Sequence record: NC_062581.1
DNA: 64,000 nucleotides
Strand: one strand, 5' to 3'
The notes under the pieces are model-generated. The model was not told where the DNA came from. It worked only from the letters and a program-made list of their open reading frames with translations, and ran no database searches. Shown one piece after another: positions 40,069 through 48,530 of this stretch (its first letter is position 1; every line of letters begins with the position of its first letter). The translations under genes and the position numbers were made by a program.

Positions 40069-40101
40069 ACCCCTGCGGATTCAACCTGTTAAGGAAAAGA
40101 A

Positions 40102-41778
40102 ATGGATTACGGTCAAACTGAACTCTCCATGCCACAATCGTGCGCATGTGGTCATTGTCAAACCAATCGCATTCCTAATAATGCAAATTACCTGAACAAT
40201 CCAATGCTGAAAATGCTGGGTGAGACTACTCCTGGGCTTAACCCTTTTGAACCCGTTTCACAACTGGCAGCGTACAACCCGTATAACCCACCTGGTTATG
40301 CCGATCGTGCTGTTGCTCAAACTGAGCAACGTATGTTGTCTGCATTGATTAATCGTCAATCGGAAAAACCGCTTGAACGCCAAGGCCCCACCGCATTGGG
40401 TGGCGATATGGTCGGCTTGAGTTTCCCAGAATTCATGCGTACCACCGTAACAGAACAAACTCTTCTCAACAAAGGTAAAGAAGTAATGTCTGCATCGAAA
40501 ACGCAACATCCGTCACCAGAAGGTTTCCTGGAATTCCTGACTGGCTTGATGGGCGCAGAAGAAGCACAAACTGCTTTTAATCGCCTTAAAGCAGAAAATG
40601 GCGGAAACATTCCGTTCTCTACCGAAGTACAATTGACACCAAAGCGTGATGCTTTGGATAAAGGTTTCTTTGGTCTGATTGAAGAATTGATTGGTGAAAT
40701 TGATTTGAGTGATCTTCTGGGTAAACCAGAACAACCTGACACTCAAATGGGGCACCCTCTGTTGGCTAACGTACATCTGGTTCCTGATCAGAAGTTTGCT
40801 GATGAAGTTCGCCCATCTGCTATTCCTCAAGAAATTCTGGATGCCGGTAAAGAAGAAGTTATTCAAAATTACGTTACTCACGTAATCATTCCAGACTTCA
40901 GTAATGCAATCATTGACCTGCCACAACAGTTCAGTGGTAAAGATCTGTTGCGTCAACAGCGTCGCTTGCAAGCGCGTCTCAATAAGCTGTTGCGTTATCA
41001 GGCCAAGCCTGATGCAATTGTTGTTGAAGCTATTAATGACAAATATGAATTTGCCATCTATCAACACTACACCGCTAAGTTGGTTTCTTATCGGTCGATT
41101 ACCCTTCAGGAAGGTAAATCGCGGATGGAAGCAGCTGAAGCAGCTTTGGCTAAACGTGAAGCTGACAATGCAGTAAACCAAAAGAAACAAGAACTGGTTG
41201 CCTTCAACCAAAATCTTCGACTGGAGGCAGCGGATCTGTTTAGCTCAATCGGTCAGATCAGTAACTTGGAGTTGCACAAAGGTTTGCTCCAATTGGCTGA
41301 AAAGGTTGATCTGCAAATCAATCCAATTCAAAAATTGAAAGAAGTAGAAATCAAATGTGATTGCCCAGGTTGTTTTCTGGAAGCAATCAATGAAGAAGTA
41401 GGTAGCGAAGCAATTGAACGCGAACCTTCTGTTTTTGATCTATACTTCCAAGGTAACCCAAGTGCATCACGTTCGCGCATGTATGCACAACGAATGAATG
41501 GTATTGATGAACGTAATACTGCGGACTTGCGTGGGGCGTTAGTGTCTGCCGGTGTTCCTAATCACTCACTCATTGGTAAAATGGGTGGTCGTTTTGAAAT
41601 GACCCCTGAGCAAATTAATGAGCGTTTTGGTGAAGAGCTTGGTCGTGAATTGCAAAAGTTGTCGGCACTGATGCAATCCCAAAGCAGTGATCCGCTTTCT
41701 GGTTCACTGGCTCAAGGTATGGCGTCACATTCAATGTCCCAAGGTATGATGTCGCACCATTTCCAAAACCAAGAATAA
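40102..41778 (+). CDS. hypothetical protein with two CxCxxC motifs and a coiled-coil (gp53 position)
   Basis: 558 aa, AAGGA RBS. Confidence 0.78.
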   Translation: MDYGQTELSMPQSCACGHCQTNRIPNNANYLNNPMLKMLGETTPGLNPFEPVSQLAAYNPYNPPGYADRAVAQTEQRMLSALINRQSEKPLERQGPTALGGDMVGLSFPEFMRTTVTEQTLLNKGKEVMSASKTQHPSPEGFLEFLTGLMGAEEAQTAFNRLKAENGGNIPFSTEVQLTPKRDALDKGFFGLIEELIGEIDLSDLLGKPEQPDTQMGHPLLANVHLVPDQKFADEVRPSAIPQEILDAGKEEVIQNYVTHVIIPDFSNAIIDLPQQFSGKDLLRQQRRLQARLNKLLRYQAKPDAIVVEAINDKYEFAIYQHYTAKLVSYRSITLQEGKSRMEAAEAALAKREADNAVNQKKQELVAFNQNLRLEAADLFSSIGQISNLELHKGLLQLAEKVDLQINPIQKLKEVEIKCDCPGCFLEAINEEVGSEAIEREPSVFDLYFQGNPSASRSRMYAQRMNGIDERNTADLRGALVSAGVPNHSLIGKMGGRFEMTPEQINERFGEELGRELQKLSALMQSQSSDPLSGSLAQGMASHSMSQGMMSHHFQNQE

Positions 41779-41786
41779 AAATACTG

Positions 41787-41935
41787 ACAGCTATCATTTA
41801 ATACAGGAGATTGCCGAAAGGTGATTAACTGTTTAAGTGTATGGCCCACACTCTGGACGGGTTCACTTAAATGTGTTTCATGTATGCTATTATATAGCAG
41901 ACAAACCCGTCTGAAACCTTAGCGCTTATTGCGCT
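41787..41935 (+). other. structured non-coding element (candidate pseudoknot)
   Basis: Two interleaved 8-bp complementarities plus three hairpins found by eye. Confidence 0.5.
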
Positions 41936-41959
41936 GTAGTTATTGCCTTATCTGAAAAA

Positions 41960-41977
41960 ATCTCAGATCTATATTAC
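41960..41977 (+). promoter_or_regulatory. phage early promoter of chmA
   Basis: ATCTCAGATCTATATTAC 70 nt upstream of ATG. Confidence 0.87.
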
Positions 41978-42047
41978 TACAGTGAATCTGAAACAATAGC
42001 ATGCTAGGGTTCTTGATCAAGAAAACGAATTCGTAAAGGAAAGCAAC

Positions 42048-43952
42048 ATGTCGGTAAATTCCAGCAACAAAGAAGCAGTAAACGTTCAAACTGCACAACA
42101 AGCCCCAGCACAAAAACAAGCTGCACAACAACCACAACAGTCCCAGGTATCGCAACCAATGCAACCAGCTATTCCAGTTTCCAATGGTCCGGCTACACTG
42201 AATTCTCGTTTCAGCCGTTCCGGTCGTGCCGATGGCAATGATGCCCGCACCACCAAAGCATTCGTCGCATTCGATGAAGCTCGTGTAGAAGCAATCGCTC
42301 AGCAAGATCTCGCTGATACTTTCCACCTTTTCCGTTTCGACCGTGTTCCACACCAAGTCGCCATGGCTTCAATCCTGGTTCTGAAAGTTGTTAACAACCG
42401 TGGCGAACCAGCAATCCTGGTTAAAGCTCTGCCAGTTGTTGATAACTCGGTTGCTGTTAAACCAAAGACCTTCCAAATCGCTAACGGTTTCAGCACCTTC
42501 GACAAGTTCGAAGCCAAGCCTGATTCCAGCGACATCTTCACCCCGCTGTACTGGGGCCGTATCGTTGCTCACGTTCGCAACGTAACTGGTCACCCTAACG
42601 CAGCTGTATACAACGCTGGTCCACAAGACATCCACGCTGAATTCGATTTCGAAGACAAAGTGGCCGTTCGTAACCTGCTGATCAAATCGGTTAACTCCGT
42701 TGAAGACACCATGGCTCGTCTGAGCGATGAGCGTCCATTCAGCCTGGCTACTGACATGCAGTCTGCTGATGAAATCCTGGCAGCTACTATCGACTACACC
42801 GGTACTCCGGTTGAATCGAACACCGGTATCCCACAACGTGCTGATATCGTTGTAAGTCTGCAGCGCCGTAAGAAGCACGGTCAGCAAACTCAAGAAAACG
42901 AGTACTACGACGCTGACTCACAGCTGAACTCCGTGGCAATGTTCACCGACCTGGAATACGCACCGCAACAAGTGCAACCACAGGCTTACGGCATTCCACA
43001 AGGTCCACTGCCAGCACCGTTCATGCCAGCTCTGGTTGTTACTGCTGTTAAGCAAGCTAACTGGATCATGGCTAACACCCCAGAAATGTACTTCTTCGCT
43101 CTGGGTAACGCTTTCCGTGCAACCAACGGTCAAGGCTGGGCTAAACAGTTCCTGCCAACCATCGGTCGTGTGAAAGATCCACGTGACATCGGTGCAGTCG
43201 GTTACCTGACTCAATCTGGTCTGAAAGTTGAGACCAAGTCGGAAACCTTCACCGAGCAAGACTTCGCTGGTCTGATGTTCTCTCAAGTACAACAGAACCC
43301 AGTCATCATGCTCGACCTGAACCGCATGGGTGATAACTCGTTCATCGAATCCATGATCCTGGATTCCCTGGGTGGTCCAAACGAACAAGCTGCAAAGGCT
43401 GGCATCATCCGCATCCTGTGCAACCTGTACGGTCGTGATAACTTCACCTCCCTGTTCGATACCACCAACGAATGGCTGTTCCGTCCTTACGGTACTGACT
43501 TCCACCTGGGTTACTACCCAGATGAAAACGGCGAGAAGCGTGACCGCCGTGATCTGGATACCCTGTACGCTCTGAACGCCTGTGATGGTGTTGTTCCAGA
43601 GTTCATGGACTGGTACGCTGCCAAGTGCAACGGTAACGTTCACTCGGAAGTTCGTCTGAAGAAATCCGAGCAGTACGACAAGCAGTACCTGGGCAACGTG
43701 ACTTACGCTGGTCGTGTTACTCGTGTCATCCTCAACCCTAAACTGGTTGCTGCGATGGATGCTGCTGCTGGTAAAGCTGGTATCGCTGTCACCATGGACA
43801 ACATCGGTTCTGTATTCGGTGGTCAACGCTTCCAGGGTAACATGGGTCTGGCTGGTCTGAACGTACAAGGTGTTGCTAACGTAGCATCGTACATCCAGAA
43901 CCAAAATGTCTACGCTACCCCAGTCGGTGGCGCAACTGGCATGATGTACTAA
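42048..43952 (+). CDS. chmA: chimallin, major phage nuclear shell protein
   Basis: 634 aa; segments AQQDLAD.F...RFDR..HQV, RNLLIKSVN, ANTPEMY.FAL.NAFR, DLNRMG, EKRDRRDLD, YD.QYLG match 201phi2-1 gp105 as recalled; sits before nvRNAP beta'. Confidence 0.96.
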   Translation: MSVNSSNKEAVNVQTAQQAPAQKQAAQQPQQSQVSQPMQPAIPVSNGPATLNSRFSRSGRADGNDARTTKAFVAFDEARVEAIAQQDLADTFHLFRFDRVPHQVAMASILVLKVVNNRGEPAILVKALPVVDNSVAVKPKTFQIANGFSTFDKFEAKPDSSDIFTPLYWGRIVAHVRNVTGHPNAAVYNAGPQDIHAEFDFEDKVAVRNLLIKSVNSVEDTMARLSDERPFSLATDMQSADEILAATIDYTGTPVESNTGIPQRADIVVSLQRRKKHGQQTQENEYYDADSQLNSVAMFTDLEYAPQQVQPQAYGIPQGPLPAPFMPALVVTAVKQANWIMANTPEMYFFALGNAFRATNGQGWAKQFLPTIGRVKDPRDIGAVGYLTQSGLKVETKSETFTEQDFAGLMFSQVQQNPVIMLDLNRMGDNSFIESMILDSLGGPNEQAAKAGIIRILCNLYGRDNFTSLFDTTNEWLFRPYGTDFHLGYYPDENGEKRDRRDLDTLYALNACDGVVPEFMDWYAAKCNGNVHSEVRLKKSEQYDKQYLGNVTYAGRVTRVILNPKLVAAMDAAAGKAGIAVTMDNIGSVFGGQRFQGNMGLAGLNVQGVANVASYIQNQNVYATPVGGATGMMY

Positions 43953-43960
43953 GTTTCAAT

Positions 43961-44330
43961 GGTTAGTTAGCCGTATGGTAACTGTGTAATGAACGTAACC
44001 AACTCTTAAGCGAAAGCGTGCTAGTAGGTACACGGTTCTAAGCTCTTGGGAGTACTGATAACTTAAATGTTATTCCTGCTCCGACTAACTTGCTACAACA
44101 CACTAGCTCAATTGCAAGTGCGTGCACCCTAAAGGTCTGACGCTTGTGTGTATTAATGACCTGCCAAAGTCTCGATGTGATTAAAAACTTACGGTGATGT
44201 AATCGAGAAGTGGATATTAACATCCCACCTAGCAATAGGTAAACCGTATTACGTGGTGACGCTAAACCTCCGTGGCGCATGGTCTCATGTTCCCGGCTAT
44301 TAGTCATCTCGTAAATTAGCAGATAGGAAT
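43961..44330 (+). ncRNA. candidate large structured non-coding RNA / 3' UTR of chmA
   Basis: No credible ORF; at least 8 helices, GNRA loops, 5'/3' ends pair; ends at a UUCG terminator. Confidence 0.62.
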
Positions 44331-44348
44331 GGCTCCCTTCGGGGAGCC
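44331..44348 (+). terminator. hairpin terminator
   Basis: GGCTCCC-TTCG-GGGAGCC plus T-rich tail. Confidence 0.9.
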
Positions 44349-44387
44349 ACTCTTATTTCTTTTTTGTCATTTGTATCGAGGTAAGAA

Positions 44388-45857
44388 TTGGGACTACATG
44401 CTGAAATTGTAGACCACGACGAGATGCTGGCAAACCAACGAGGAATCGTTAAGTTTGCAAATGACTACAATGCGTCCAATACCGAATCGAAAGAAGAGTT
44501 CCAGCGAGCGCTGTATTCTCACTTTGATAACGTTGATGCCATTGAAGTATCAGCGAGTTGTGAATGTGGTCATTTGGATGAAGCTTATGACCTAGGCGTA
44601 GTTTGTGATGTATGTAGTACACCCGTAGTATCAACAGCGAGCCAACCTATCGTACCCTCGATGTGGATGCGTGCTCCTGAAGGCGTCGATTCGATGATCT
44701 CGCCTGAGTTGTTGATTATGTTGATGGGACACATGCAGGGCAAGGAGTTTAACTTCCTAGCTTATTTCATGGACACGACGTATCAGTTTGATGCGGCCAC
44801 AATCTCCTCCCGTGAAACAGATCGTAAAGTAAAACGGTTATTAGCACAAAACATCCCCCGTGGCTTGAACCACTTCATTCGTAACTTTGACACCATCATC
44901 AAGTTCTGTATGGATTGTGGTATTATCGGAACAGGCAAACATGAGTTCTATGAATTCTTGGTGCAGAATAAGCATGCATTGTTTCCGGCGGCCATTCCAA
45001 TTCCAACCAAGTTGTGCTTTGTTGTAGAATCCACTACCTCGGGTTCTTACATCGATAAGCCGATTGGTCCTGCGATTGATGCGGCACTCACAATGGGTGG
45101 CATCCTTCATAGTCCAATACCGTTGAAGCCCATCACGGTACAAAACCGCTGCGCCAAAGCGCTGCTGTTAATGGCTACATTCCACGAGAACTATGACAAG
45201 CAACGTATCGCTCAGAAACCTGGGTTGATTCGCCGTCACGTTCTAGGTGGTCGTTTGAACTTTACTGCGCGTGCGGTAATTACATCGATCTCTGCACCAC
45301 ACCGCTATGACGAACTCCATATTCCCTGGGGCGTAGCGTGTCAGTTGTTTAAGTATCACATCTTGAACAAACTGAAAAAGCAAGGCATGACTACAATGGA
45401 AGCCTTGGACTTCCTGTATTCAAATGTGCTGCAGTATAATGATCGATTGAACGGTATCTTTCTGGAACTGATCGCCGAAGCAAAAGGCATCGGTCCAGCG
45501 TGTACGTTCCACCGTAACCCTACTCTACAACGGGGTTCGACTCAGCAGTTCTTTATTACAGTTGTTAAATCAGACCTGACCGATAACTCGATCAGTATGT
45601 CTGTGTTGTGTTTGAAAGCACCAAACGCCGACTTTGACGGCGATCAGCTCAACCTGACTTTGATGCCAGATAACTATCTGACTGATGCAACTGAACGCAT
45701 TGCTCCACACACATGGGTATTGTCAATTGATGATCCACATGAAATCTCTGGTAACTTGGAACTCCAAGGTCCTGTAGTAGAAACAATTGTGAACTATGCT
45801 CACGAAGATTATCTACCAGAACCACCGGAAGAATACAGACACCTTTTGGACGAATAG
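44388..45857 (+). CDS. non-virion RNA polymerase beta' subunit, N-terminal part (phiKZ gp55-like), uninterrupted
   Basis: Zn-binding C.CG...C..C, GRLNFTARAVI, RNPTL, catalytic NADFDGD; TTG start after GAGGT. Confidence 0.93.
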   Translation: MGLHAEIVDHDEMLANQRGIVKFANDYNASNTESKEEFQRALYSHFDNVDAIEVSASCECGHLDEAYDLGVVCDVCSTPVVSTASQPIVPSMWMRAPEGVDSMISPELLIMLMGHMQGKEFNFLAYFMDTTYQFDAATISSRETDRKVKRLLAQNIPRGLNHFIRNFDTIIKFCMDCGIIGTGKHEFYEFLVQNKHALFPAAIPIPTKLCFVVESTTSGSYIDKPIGPAIDAALTMGGILHSPIPLKPITVQNRCAKALLLMATFHENYDKQRIAQKPGLIRRHVLGGRLNFTARAVITSISAPHRYDELHIPWGVACQLFKYHILNKLKKQGMTTMEALDFLYSNVLQYNDRLNGIFLELIAEAKGIGPACTFHRNPTLQRGSTQQFFITVVKSDLTDNSISMSVLCLKAPNADFDGDQLNLTLMPDNYLTDATERIAPHTWVLSIDDPHEISGNLELQGPVVETIVNYAHEDYLPEPPEEYRHLLDE

Positions 45858-45858
45858 A

Positions 45859-46242
45859 ATGGAAAAGCTTCGACTGTTTCGTAAATTGGATTTTGAACAC
45901 CATTGGTTTATTAACTGGGAAGGTAATGATTATCCAGTTACTGTGGTGGTTGGCGATGTTGGTTGGGGCATAGCTCAGACTGCTCAAGAAGAGTACCTGG
46001 ACTTTAAACTGTTCAGCTACAACGTCAACTACTTGGTGTCATCCCGTTTCGGTATGCTAATAAGTGTTGAAATAGTCGAAGATCCTACCAATCTGTATTC
46101 ATTGGAAAATAAAGGAGTAGATGAACTTTTCATTTCGCCAAGACATCCAGCGGCAGGCTTCTTCAAGAAAACCAGAACGAACGAAGATGGATCAAAAACT
46201 ACTGTCCAGATTTATGCTACGTTCGATAAACAACCGTATTGA
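45859..46242 (+). CDS. hypothetical protein
   Basis: MEKLRLF start 1 nt after RNAP stop. Confidence 0.65.
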   Translation: MEKLRLFRKLDFEHHWFINWEGNDYPVTVVVGDVGWGIAQTAQEEYLDFKLFSYNVNYLVSSRFGMLISVEIVEDPTNLYSLENKGVDELFISPRHPAAGFFKKTRTNEDGSKTTVQIYATFDKQPY

Positions 46243-46251
46243 GGTGAGCTT

Positions 46252-46860
46252 ATGATGCAGGCACATGGTGTCGACCTTTTGGACATCTGTGCAGGTGGAC
46301 ATTTGGATATGAATACCCAGTCATGGCTGGGTGACCGATCTGATGCACTACGTGCAACAATCTCTACGACGGCTTCAAGCTTCTTTAACCAAGCTGCTTC
46401 TCTGTACACAATGATCAGCACCAGCGATGCAGTACAAGCACTCCGTAACCTTACGGTGAAAGCTGACAGTGCATGGCAATCAAACGTAATTACATTCTTG
46501 CCAAGCATTGAGCAAATTCAATGTGCACCAACTGTAATGCAACGTTACCTCATGGCCCAACCCGATGCTCGCCAAATGTATTTGAATGGTGAGATCTCTG
46601 GTTATGGTGAAAACTATGAGAACTTGCATGGCGATGGTGTAGGGGCTAAGCATTACGATTGGCGTCGAGTAATGGATGGTATTGTCACTGTTAATAGTGA
46701 AGGTTTCAGCCACACAACTTACGTTGAAGATACTCGTGATGATGCAGAATTGACTGTGTTTGAGAAAGTAGACATCCTACGTACGTGGAATGTACTACAA
46801 GCTTCTTTGAGTGCAGGTGAGCAAGATCCAACTTCACCTGAAGGATTGATGCTGGGTTAA
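46252..46860 (+). CDS. conserved Chimalliviridae hypothetical protein
   Basis: 202 aa, GAGGTG RBS, position in the chmA-nvRNAP block. Confidence 0.75.
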   Translation: MMQAHGVDLLDICAGGHLDMNTQSWLGDRSDALRATISTTASSFFNQAASLYTMISTSDAVQALRNLTVKADSAWQSNVITFLPSIEQIQCAPTVMQRYLMAQPDARQMYLNGEISGYGENYENLHGDGVGAKHYDWRRVMDGIVTVNSEGFSHTTYVEDTRDDAELTVFEKVDILRTWNVLQASLSAGEQDPTSPEGLMLG

Positions 46861-46870
46861 CGACATAAAC

Positions 46871-46890
46871 GCCTCACCTTCGGGTGGGGC
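46871..46890 (+). terminator. hairpin terminator
   Basis: GCCTCACC-TTCG-GGTGGGGC-TTTTT. Confidence 0.88.
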
Positions 46891-46906
46891 TTTTTGAGGG
46901 TGTAAA

Positions 46907-47203
46907 ATGTACAACCTGGAATTGGAATATTCGCACAGTTTGGAAGCTTGGGTTATTCCAGGCGAAACCGTACCAGTGCGTTTGGTTGATCGCCATATTG
47001 CACAGTACCTGGAAACATCTGGTGTGGGTGATAAGACCCGTATGTATAAACTAGATGGATTTGATGTGATTTGTCAGCACATTGAAAATGATGACTGGTC
47101 TATTTTGGAAATCATTGGTCCTAATGGAATTATCTCAGATAAAGTTGAGATAGCTCTTGGTGGACAACTTCACCACAACATCGCTTGGGCCCACAATGTT
47201 TAA
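46907..47203 (+). CDS. hypothetical protein
   Basis: 98 aa, GAGGG RBS. Confidence 0.72.
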   Translation: MYNLELEYSHSLEAWVIPGETVPVRLVDRHIAQYLETSGVGDKTRMYKLDGFDVICQHIENDDWSILEIIGPNGIISDKVEIALGGQLHHNIAWAHNV

Positions 47204-47639
47204 CGTAAATAAACCAGTGTTGCAGATTGGAATGGAAGATGGTGGTGGAAGCTTATATATCCCCACTGCCAGGCAACAACAAATTATTGATTCCGCACGC
47301 TTGCAAGAGCTAATTAAAGGAATGCCTCCAGTCCATGCAATCTGTTTAGCTCACAATAAACATGCGGATGAATGGACAACGCAAAAAGGAACACAAATCA
47401 GTATTGACTCTGGCAGCAAAGACTTTCAGTTTGTTTTGAAAGAAAATGAAACCATTGTCATCAAAGTACTGGATTGCACAATCAAATGTGTGAAGAGACC
47501 TAACCGTATTGCGATTAGTCAAATCACAGGGCCACATGGTGAAGTGTTCAATACACTGCAACTATCACCAAGCCATCCATTGGTCGGAATGATCCGTGCC
47601 AGTGTAACCATCCCATTGAAAGATCTGAAAGACGCTTAA
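47196..47639 (+). CDS. hypothetical protein
   Basis: MFNVNKP start overlapping upstream stop. Confidence 0.68.
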   Translation: MFNVNKPVLQIGMEDGGGSLYIPTARQQQIIDSARLQELIKGMPPVHAICLAHNKHADEWTTQKGTQISIDSGSKDFQFVLKENETIVIKVLDCTIKCVKRPNRIAISQITGPHGEVFNTLQLSPSHPLVGMIRASVTIPLKDLKDA

Positions 47640-47647
47640 GGATTGCT

Positions 47648-48040
47648 ATGACTGACGTTCCAGAACAACCAAAGAAAAACATGACCCGTGGCACACGTAG
47701 TTTTACCGGTGAGGTTTTCACGTTGGTTTATAACACCGAATCCGGTCATTACGATATTGCTTTTGAAGGCGCACAGTTCCCAGTTCGCTTTGTTGCCCCT
47801 GCTGCATTTGATTCACTGATTAACCCGCTTGCTGCTGGTATGAAACACAAATCCGGTCGCCATAACTTCACTCTGGAATTTGAGGGTGATAGCCTGGTAG
47901 AAATTACCAATGACGCGGCTGTTGATGGCGCTAGTGTTACACGCACCGCCAGCGTAACAGTTCCATTTGATTCGTCCATTGTAGAATGGATTCGTGTTAT
48001 CCGTGAATTGCCTGTGGAAAGAGCACTTCGAATTAAGTAA
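47648..48040 (+). CDS. hypothetical protein
   Basis: 130 aa, AAGGGA RBS. Confidence 0.72.
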   Translation: MTDVPEQPKKNMTRGTRSFTGEVFTLVYNTESGHYDIAFEGAQFPVRFVAPAAFDSLINPLAAGMKHKSGRHNFTLEFEGDSLVEITNDAAVDGASVTRTASVTVPFDSSIVEWIRVIRELPVERALRIK

Positions 48041-48046
48041 TACCTT

Positions 48047-48062
48047 GGGGACTTCGGTCCCC
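48047..48062 (+). terminator. hairpin terminator
   Basis: GGGGAC-TTCG-GTCCCC plus T tract. Confidence 0.85.
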
Positions 48063-48121
48063 TAGCGTTTATTTTTTCTTTCCGCTTACCCTATGTCTCA
48101 ATACAAGAATAGGGTATAGCC

Positions 48122-48529
48122 ATGGCTGAAAAGTTTATTCCCACGATGAGCATCAAAGGTTGGATTGACCATCCTGAGGATAAAGCAGACTATGTCATTG
48201 CTTGCTTCATGGAATCAAATCACTCGATGACTGTCTCACATCGTGAACAAAATGTAACACTACAATTCTTATTAAAGAAGTTTGCCAACCGCATGTTGGA
48301 TTTGGAAACTGCATTACAAGATGTACTAGATGCAAAATTGAAAGCGGCTTTTAATGCTAACTCTTATGCAAACGTAGACGTCCGTGCAGATGAAACTAAT
48401 CCATCGCAGTTTACAATTAACTTTACGGGTTATGTAGTGACAGATGACAAAACGTTCACTGTGGGTTGGATGGTTCAATTCCAAGACTCACGTGTTCTCA
48501 AAATTGCAAAGATTAACAATGGAGTTTAA
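48122..48529 (+). CDS. conserved phiKZ-like protein (gp62-like)
   Basis: 135 aa, IPTMS.KGW start; synteny. Confidence 0.7.
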   Translation: MAEKFIPTMSIKGWIDHPEDKADYVIACFMESNHSMTVSHREQNVTLQFLLKKFANRMLDLETALQDVLDAKLKAAFNANSYANVDVRADETNPSQFTINFTGYVVTDDKTFTVGWMVQFQDSRVLKIAKINNGV

Positions 48530-48530
48530 G

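Noticed and set aside
40028-40147. Apparent head-to-head overlap of ORFs 38936-40147(-) and 40102-41778(+)
   Set aside because: Artefact of longest-ORF calling; an internal ATG at 40027 leaves room for the divergent promoter.
42918-43904. 328-aa antisense ORF opposite chmA
   Set aside because: Shadow of strong codon bias in chmA; no RBS, promoter or recognisable motif.
43968-44038. Group II intron domain 5-like ends (AGCCGTATG...ACGGTTC)
   Set aside because: Spacing far too long, no D6 or splice boundaries, and a better 9-bp helix (43980-88/44029-37) explains the 3' part; both flanking genes are intact.
44290-44302. CCCGGCTAT resembling the RNase P 3' conserved region
   Set aside because: No GAGGAAAGUCC counterpart; no tmRNA tRNA-like ends or tag ORF either.
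44083-44305. Group I intron P7-like pair GACTA/TAGTC
   Set aside because: J6/7 and J8/7 (AAGAUA) consensus missing and no interrupted gene; kept only as a helix of the unknown RNA.
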